23,624 bases of DNA from the NCBI GenBank assembly GCA_029258835.1, contig JAPDJY010000029.1:1-23624 (forward strand), given 5' to 3'. Position numbers and translations under genes: made by a program. The notes beneath the pieces are model-generated. The model did not search any database and had not been told where the DNA came from. It saw only the letters and a program-made list of their open reading frames with translations. Source of the stretch: Thermoproteota archaeon. GTDB lineage: Archaea > Asgardarchaeota > Jordiarchaeia > Jordiarchaeales > Freyrarchaeaceae. Shown here piece after piece: positions 18,224-23,624 of the stretch. The first letter of the stretch is position 1. Each line of letters starts with the position of its first letter.

Positions 18224-18940
18224 GGCAAGGTAGCACTTCAGTTCGGCCAGGATCTCAGCGACACTCTTAACAACGTAGTGGACACCGCATTTCTCGAAGT
18301 CTTCTCTCTGCCTCCCGGACGAGAGGACTCCTATCGGAGTTGCCCCAGCGCTCAGGGCGCAGAGGGCGTCAACTGGGTGATCCCCCACCACAACCACGTC
18401 TCTCGGCTTAACCGAGAGCTTAAGGAAAACCTCTTCCAAGTGTCGCTTATCCGGTTTCGGTGCCGGGACGTCGTCCCTAGCAGCCATCGCGTCGAAGAAC
18501 CCATTAAGGTTAAACCTTTCGAGAATATATTCCATTACGGACCTCTTGTTAAGGGTGAAAAGGCCGAGCTTGAAGCCTAGCCTGCGTAGGCATGAAAGGA
18601 GCTCCACGGCTCCGGGGAGGAGGCTAGTTTCTCTAGCCGCCTTCATCTCGAAGACTTCAACTACTCTGTCAACCTCGGACAGCACGGTGGCGGATGGTTC
18701 GCCTCTCAGCCTAAGGTAACCTATTCCCTTCTTAATAGTTAAGAGTATAGGGTCATTTATGGATAGTATGCGACTCGGCACGCCATGCTTTTCCAGAATG
18801 TCCATGACCGCCTTCCGTGTTGAGACGGGATCTATTGTTAATTTGACGAGGGTTCCGTCACAGTCGAAGACGACAGCCCTTCTTGATATGATAAGGTGGA
18901 CGACTCCCCTCAAGCGCTCAGCCTTCAGGACGTCGTTCAC
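18158..18940 (-). CDS. HAD-family hydrolase (PGP-like)
   Basis: VFDCDGTLV, FTLN, KPD, VGDHPVD; 3' end overlaps the convergent UroD-like gene by 66 nt. Confidence 0.88.
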   Translation of the reverse strand: MNDVLKAERLRGVVHLIISRRAVVFDCDGTLVKLTIDPVSTRKAVMDILEKHGVPSRILSINDPILLTIKKGIGYLRLRGEPSATVLSEVDRVVEVFEMKAARETSLLPGAVELLSCLRRLGFKLGLFTLNKRSVMEYILERFNLNGFFDAMAARDDVPAPKPDKRHLEEVFLKLSVKPRDVVVVGDHPVDALCALSAGATPIGVLSSGRQREDFEKCGVHYVVKSVAEILAELKCYLALSRPHRLRVNISETPCLADHS

Positions 18941-19362
18941 TTAGTGACTTTTTCTAGGATTTCCTTGAAAGACTCGTAGTCCCTGGCGCCTATCACCTGT
19001 CCAAGCACTTTCCCGTCCTTGAATATCATGAAGGTTGGAACGGCTGATATTCCGAACCTAGCAGCTAACCCCATGTTCTCGTCCACGTTAACTTTGCCGA
19101 AAGCAACCTTTCCGGCGAACTCCTCAGAAAGCTTCTCGATTATAGGCTCCATCACCCTGCAAGGAGGACACCAAACGGCGAAAAAGTCTATTAACACGGG
19201 GACAGAGGAGTTAGACACGAATTCGTCGAACTTTTCCTCGTCAAGTATGACGATCCCTTTTGGCACGTCCGGGTTTGAAGCCCTCTTCATTAGCTCCCTG
19301 AGCTTTTTCTCTTTTATACGCCTCAACTCTTCGTCCTCTTCAAATACGCCTTTGTCGGACAA
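18937..19362 (-). CDS. trxA: Thioredoxin
   Basis: DFFAVWCPPC, KVNVDEN, AVPT; archaeal N-terminal 'DEELRRIKEKKLRELM' extension. Confidence 0.95.
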   Translation of the reverse strand: MSDKGVFEEDEELRRIKEKKLRELMKRASNPDVPKGIVILDEEKFDEFVSNSSVPVLIDFFAVWCPPCRVMEPIIEKLSEEFAGKVAFGKVNVDENMGLAARFGISAVPTFMIFKDGKVLGQVIGARDYESFKEILEKVTK

Positions 19363-19411
19363 ATAGAACCCCCCCTAAGGTGGAACTTATCAACTCAAGG
19401 TGAGAAGCCGA

Positions 19412-19430
19412 CATCTTAAATCCTTTTCTC
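19412..19430 (-). promoter_or_regulatory. BRE-TATA promoter of the trx-HAD unit
   Basis: Minus strand GAGAAAAGGA-TTTAAG about 50 nt upstream of the trx start. Confidence 0.55.
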
Positions 19431-19464
19431 CTTAGACCTCCCTTAAGAATCAAGATTTTAAGCA

Positions 19465-19646
19465 GCATCCTCTTTGGAAGGGCAAACAAAGATCGTTACG
19501 GAAAGCCCATCATATAAGAGAGGCGAGTCATTAAACCCCCGAAGCAAGCCGGTCTGCAAAGGCTGGAAGGCGTTTTATCGGCGAGAATAAGGTAGCTCAC
19601 CGACGATTCCAGAAAGGAGGGTAACGATCCTTTAACTAGAGGGTGC
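19465..19646. ncRNA. Candidate ~180-nt structured non-coding RNA of unknown family
   Basis: Nested stems GCATCCTCT/AGAGGGTGC (19465-73/19638-46) and GATCGTTAC/GTAACGATC (19491-99/19621-29); inner hairpins 19549-66 (GCAA loop) and 19578-603; no ORF in the track. Confidence 0.4.
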
Positions 19647-19673
19647 CTAACCTCCAGTCCTCCTCGAGGAGGG

Positions 19674-19906
19674 CAGTAACATATAATGTTGTATTCGTAA
19701 CATTTTTATGTGTTTTTCATGTGCATGGAGCTTCTCGCACATGCCCGATACGTGGGGAAAATTAAGCCTGAATGGGCGGGAGCTGTTAAAAAGATGGATG
19801 TGGGGAGCCCCGTTCCCTGCGAAAGTCCGCCGATGAAACCCGAGACGGGAAGGCTCCCAGCTACACATACATCAAAAGCCATAAAAGCAGCGGAGAGCCA
19901 GAACGG
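19674..19906 (+). mobile_element. Putative non-autonomous IS607-type MITE/remnant retaining a tnpB 3'-end-like (omegaRNA-like) stem-loop
   Basis: Preceded by GG and ends in GAACGG; AT-rich left part with GTAACAT direct repeats (19676, 19697); A-rich AAAAGC repeats near the right end; stem GGGAGCC/GGCTCCC (19803-58); peptide DVGSPVPCESPPMKPE resembles archaeal tnpB tails as I recall them. Confidence 0.45.
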
Positions 19907-19932
19907 TTAAATCCTTGATTGTATAGCGTACA

Positions 19933-20056
19933 GGAAGGGGATGATGTGAGGCTGACTGGTTCTATGCACAGCTTTCCTCCACCTGAACTCCTTGAAGCTT
20001 TAATGTTAGGCAGGAAGCCTGAAATCGGATGAAGCTGAAAGCTCGGGTTAGTCATC
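19933..20056 (+). ncRNA. Candidate C/D-box-like or K-loop-containing sRNA
   Basis: C-like ATGATG at 19941; CTGA at 19952, 19983, 20019 and 20035; CTGA-aatc-GGATGA K-loop-like motif; stems GGCTGACT/GGTTAGTC and AGCTTTC/GAAAGCT. Confidence 0.3.
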
Positions 20057-20058
20057 GT

Positions 20059-21300
20059 TTATTTGCTGTTTTGCTTGGTGTACTTTTCGATGTTTTGCTG
20101 GGGGATGCCGAGAGCGTAGAGTATGCTTAACAGGTTTTTCTCGCTTATCACGCCATCGGCTACTTGCTTAAGGATTTCTTTGGCGTTGAAGGCTATGCCG
20201 AGGCCGACATTTTTAAGCATGAACCTGTCGTTCGCTCCGTCCCCGATGGCAACTATTTCGTCCTTGCCTATGCCCTCGTTTTCAGCGATCCACTCTATTA
20301 TTTCCGCTTTCCTCTCGGCATCTATTATTGGCTCTTCAACTTCCCCTGTTAACACTCCATTTTTGATTATGAGCTTGTTTCCGAACGCGTAGTCTAAGCC
20401 GAGCATTTCCTTGAGCTTGTCCGTGAAGTAGGTGAAGCCCCCGCTTATCAAGGCAACCTTACATCCCATGGCCTTCAATGCTTGAATCAGCTCTCTAGCT
20501 CCAGGAGTTAGACGCATGTTCCGAGCTATCTTCTCAAGTTCCTCCACCCTGATGCCTGCAAGAAGCTTAACCCTCATCCTTAAAGCTTCCTTAAAGTCTA
20601 TTTCCCCCTCCATCGCCCTCCTAGTTATTTCGTGGACTTCCTCGCCTACCCCTGCAGCCTTAGCGATCTCGTCTATTATCTCCTGCTCCACCAGCGTTGA
20701 ATCCATGTCGAACACTACAAGCCTCTTAAACCTACCGAAAACGTCTTCTCTCTGGACGACCGCACTTAACCCCATCCCCTCACACGTCCTCTTGAGCTCA
20801 CGCTTCACCGCTTCTAAGTCACCGTCAAGATCGCTTATGTCGGCGAGCATCTCCATAGCGAACATTTCCCCACGGGCAATCATCCGGATCTTCTCGATGT
20901 TAACGTTGTAGTCTCTGAGAAGGGAGGATATAACGGCAACTATCCCTGGCCTGTCCTTCCCGAGGACGTTTATTAAAATAAACTGCTTGTCAGCTTTCCT
21001 TCTCCCCGGAACGTACGGTTCAATGCTGACCTGAAGCCCCACCTCTCTCCCTTTCCCAACTAAACGCTCCTTTAGCTCCTCCGGGGAAGCGGTTGCTTCG
21101 CTGAGGTCGACGATCATAAACATGGTGAAGAGGCCTCTCATAACGCTTTCTTCGATGTCCACGATGTTGCCGTTAACCTCTGCAATAATACTCGTCAGCT
21201 CGGCTACAAGACCGGGGCGATCCCTGCCTATGGCCGTGACAACCACCATGCTACCGCCATTACCCAACTCCAAATGAAACCCCTCATCCTGCAAGTGCAA
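20059..21300 (-). CDS. serB: Phosphoserine phosphatase with two N-terminal ACT domains
   Basis: Two G.DRPG ACT domains, FDMDSTL, SGGF, GDGAND; true start probably TTG 21273 or ATG 21249. Confidence 0.96.
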   Translation of the reverse strand: MHLQDEGFHLELGNGGSMVVVTAIGRDRPGLVAELTSIIAEVNGNIVDIEESVMRGLFTMFMIVDLSEATASPEELKERLVGKGREVGLQVSIEPYVPGRRKADKQFILINVLGKDRPGIVAVISSLLRDYNVNIEKIRMIARGEMFAMEMLADISDLDGDLEAVKRELKRTCEGMGLSAVVQREDVFGRFKRLVVFDMDSTLVEQEIIDEIAKAAGVGEEVHEITRRAMEGEIDFKEALRMRVKLLAGIRVEELEKIARNMRLTPGARELIQALKAMGCKVALISGGFTYFTDKLKEMLGLDYAFGNKLIIKNGVLTGEVEEPIIDAERKAEIIEWIAENEGIGKDEIVAIGDGANDRFMLKNVGLGIAFNAKEILKQVADGVISEKNLLSILYALGIPQQNIEKYTKQNSK

Positions 21301-21303
21301 ACA

Positions 21304-21325
21304 AAAACTGGAACCTTCCAGTTTT
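21304..21325. promoter_or_regulatory. Perfect inverted repeat upstream of serB (candidate operator or leader hairpin)
   Basis: AAAACTGGAA-cc-TTCCAGTTTT. Confidence 0.45.
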
Positions 21326-21612
21326 CCCTATGAGAATAAACGTAAAAGTAAACTAAAACCTTTCCGTCAAAAAACTCCTCTCAGGTTGAAGGGTAAGGGC
21401 TTAATATGCGAGGAAACCATCTTCGGAAGGGGTTCCCATTCAAAGTTAAACTCTAGGATACATTTTCCTACGCGTCCGTTCCGGGACTCTAAGCTGATGA
21501 GAGATACTTCAAGACATTTTTATAAAATTGTACTGAATGCAATGTTAAGGAAGTGGAAACGTCGCAGCCCATTTCTAACCTTGAAAAGGGAGCCCTTTAC
21601 TAAAAAAGAGCT

Positions 21613-21724
21613 CCATGCCGCTAAAGCCCGATGCCCTTATGATTCCACTCTGGAGGTAGCTGTGCTACCGATGACGAAGAATGGGGAATCCCTTAACCGA
21701 TGCGGAAGGGCGTGGTTTTAAACA
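21613..21724 (+). ncRNA. Candidate K-turn-containing hairpin RNA
   Basis: G-GA + GGTAGC-tgt-GCTACC + GAT-GA-C matches the kink-turn layout; enclosed by GATTCC/GGAATC and ATGCCCTT/AAGGGCGT stems; ACA at 21722. Confidence 0.4.
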
Positions 21725-21760
21725 AAATGATGCAGTAGGGGGGAACGGTTGTCCTAACCC

Positions 21761-21777
21761 GAAAGGTTATTTATATG
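21761..21777 (+). promoter_or_regulatory. BRE-TATA promoter of the surface protein gene
   Basis: GAAAGGTTA-TTTATA about 40-60 nt upstream of the TTG starts at 21815/21833. Confidence 0.55.
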
Positions 21778-21814
21778 CCCATTTTTAAAGTGAGTGTATT
21801 AAATTAATAAGGTT

Positions 21815-22751
21815 TTGAGTGGGGGAACTTTTTTGCAAGGGAGAAAATGGTTAACGCTGGTTCTTGCTGGCCTGATGATCGCTGTGATGCTTACGAGCGC
21901 CGGGTTCGTGGCGGCTAGCCAACAGTTGCCGCCTCCAGTCTACACCAAGCAGAACTTGCCGAACATGAACGTCACCTGGTACAAGCTAACCGATACTGTG
22001 GTTAACGAGTCATACTGGGAGATCAACTCTTGGGTTTTCGGCCCTTCTCCAATACTGAGAATTTACAACGCGACGAGTGGCGACGAGATCCCCCACCCGG
22101 CCAATTGAATTCTGAGGTGACGCTTAACAGGAGCTGCTCGTGCGTTTTCTCGGTGGAAGTACCTAAATCACTCTTCACAGATATAGGACTAACTGCAGGA
22201 TACGTCGGAGTCGGAATATTCGGTAGCATCGCTGGAGCGAAGGTTTACGTTAGGGCAGGATACAACTACACATCCGATAAGTGGGAAGAGACAAGTTTCA
22301 TGGTAGTTTTCAATGGCAGTACCGCCGAAGCACCATTCATCATAACCGGTAAAAGCGAAGATCATACGGAAGACCGCTACATAGTTAACATTATAGGATA
22401 CTTCACCGAGGCCGCCCCCAAAGGCCGGTACTACTGTAGCGCCGTACTTTACGACGGCGAAGGTAACGAGTTCAAGATAAGCTCCCTTAACTGGCTCCCA
22501 AAGAACATGTTCAAAGCCTTCAGGACGATAATACTTGAGCAAGTCAGTGGTTTCACGGTCAGCTTCGAAGATGAAAACGGAAATCCGATACACTACGTCA
22601 GAAACGGGCAACTATTCAAGATCAAAATAAACGCCACTTCACCACTCACCTACGCCATATTCGCCATAGACACAGGAACATCATATCAAGAACATAAAAG
22701 GTGGATAGTTCTCAAATATGATCAGGGAACTTTAGTGTAATGGAAGGTTAC
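21815..22751 (+). pseudogene. Secreted/S-layer-like surface glycoprotein, frameshifted and interrupted by an IS
   Basis: Signal peptide (RKW + hydrophobic stretch + AAS); many N-X-S/T sequons; ORFs 21815-22108 and 22030-22740 join if one C is added at C5 22090-94; sequence runs into the IS left end. Confidence 0.7.
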
Positions 22752-23624
22752 CTATTCTCGGCGAGAAAGCCTCCCACTTTAGTGGGGGGATGAATCGCCG
22801 TTTAGTTTAAATATCGGAAACCTTATATTTGTTTCAGGCGAGTCGCCCATGAAGGTTAAGAAGACAATTAAGGCTAAGATTCTTGAGCTTCGGAAGGGCA
22901 AGGAAGAGCTTTTGAGGCGTGAGTATGAGAATTGGCAACGCTATCTGAGAGGGGATAGGGCAGTTCCGTTGTATTCTGCAACCAAGCAACAGGCTAAGAG
23001 ACTTCTTAGAAGGCTTAAGGGCAGGGTCAAGCCTAACAAAGAATACCCGATGATTCTCAGAAGAGATGTTTATAGAGCCGACACCAAGCTGACGCCATAC
23101 TGGCTTAAGATACCAATCTACGGAGTTAGGGGTGGAATAAACGTCCCCATAAAAACCCATGAACCTATAACCGAGGATATGGTTTGCAGGGAAGCTAAAA
23201 TCATCAGGAAGGGGGATGAGTGGTTCGTCTATATAACGGTCGAGAAGGAAGTTGAGGGGGAGAAACCCTAAATCAGTCTTAGCCATAGACTTAGGCATAA
23301 GGTGGATAGCCACAACAGTCAACTCCAACAACCCCAAACCCAAGTTCTACGGGAAAGAACTGAGAAAGGTGAAAGGACACTACTTCTACCTCAGAAGGTC
23401 TTTAGCTCTAAAAAAGGCGTATAAAACCATAAAGAAGGTTGGACATAAGGAGAGGAGGGTGGTCAACGACATCCTCCACAAGATAAGCAGAGCAATAGTT
23501 AATGAAGCCTTAGAGAACGACTCCATGATCGTTCTCGGAAACCTTAAAGGAATAAGAAGAAACGGTAAAGGTCGAAGGTTCAACAGGAAGCTCAACAACG
23601 GATTCCCATACTACAGGCTAAGCC
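22752..23624 (+). mobile_element. IS200/IS605-family (tnpB-only, IS1341-like) element, left end plus partial tnpB
   Basis: TTAC (22748-51), 14 nt, AAAG (22766-69), hairpin CCTCCCAC-ttta-GTGGGGGG (22770-89), outer stem CGGCGA/TCGCCG; no tnpA between the left end and tnpB. Confidence 0.85.
22849..23624 (+). pseudogene. tnpB: RNA-guided nuclease TnpB, frameshifted, truncated by the window end
   Basis: N-part 22849-23271; after a +1 G (G5 23256-60) the frame continues RNPKSVLAIDLGIRWIA...VNDILHKISRAIVNEA...IVLGNLKGIR...FNRKLNNGFPYYRL. Confidence 0.88.

Noticed and set aside
19803-19858. Hammerhead or HDV-like ribozyme
   Set aside because: CCGATGA is not CUGAUGA, no GAAA follows the putative stem II, and the HDV nested pseudoknot order is not met.
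19710-19910. 66-aa ORF as a functional protein
   Set aside because: Better explained as a residual IS-derived frame; no recognisable domain.
19465-20056. RNase P RNA, SRP RNA, cobalamin riboswitch or intact group I intron/IStron
   Set aside because: Isolated similar words (GAAAGTCC, GAGGAAAG, GCAAG, GGAAGGC) occur, but I could not find the matching P4 partner, SRP helix 8, B12 box or P7.
21386-21721. 111-aa ORF
   Set aside because: No recognisable family, contains TATA-like tracts and RNA-like hairpins; more likely non-coding.
22106-22108. Selenocysteine read-through of TGA in the surface protein or cupin ORFs
   Set aside because: The coding signal continues in a different frame in both cases; the surface-protein frame hits a second TGA four codons later; no SECIS-oriented hairpin seen.
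1-23624. CRISPR array, tRNA or rRNA genes
   Set aside because: No regularly spaced repeats or cloverleaf/rRNA signatures seen by eye.

Overview
Archaeal chromosomal segment (archaeal-type TyrRS, ValRS and aRF1, BRE/TATA promoters, frequent TTG/GTG starts; TACK/Asgard-like by inference). Most of it is housekeeping and metabolic genes: tyrS, prf1, valS, a sirtuin, an ADP-forming acyl-CoA synthetase alpha subunit, ACT-ACT-SerB, thioredoxin, HAD, UroD-like and radical SAM/SPASM proteins. Unusual parts: (i) an AT-rich left end with methanofuran-biosynthesis-like gene ends, fused in frame to an M20 peptidase N-terminus; (ii) a ~700-bp trx-serB intergenic region with no credible protein gene, holding a nested structured-RNA candidate, a putative IS607-type MITE that keeps a tnpB-3'/omegaRNA-like stem-loop, and a C/D-box-like sRNA candidate; (iii) a K-turn hairpin upstream of a decayed surface glycoprotein gene; (iv) an IS200/IS605 element with an IS608-like left end (TTAC target) inserted in that gene, carrying a compact frameshifted TnpB without the canonical RuvC-II glutamate; (v) a sirtuin with no ATG/GTG/TTG start; (vi) several short homopolymer indels confined to accessory genes. 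All calls come from motif recognition by eye; no database searches were run.
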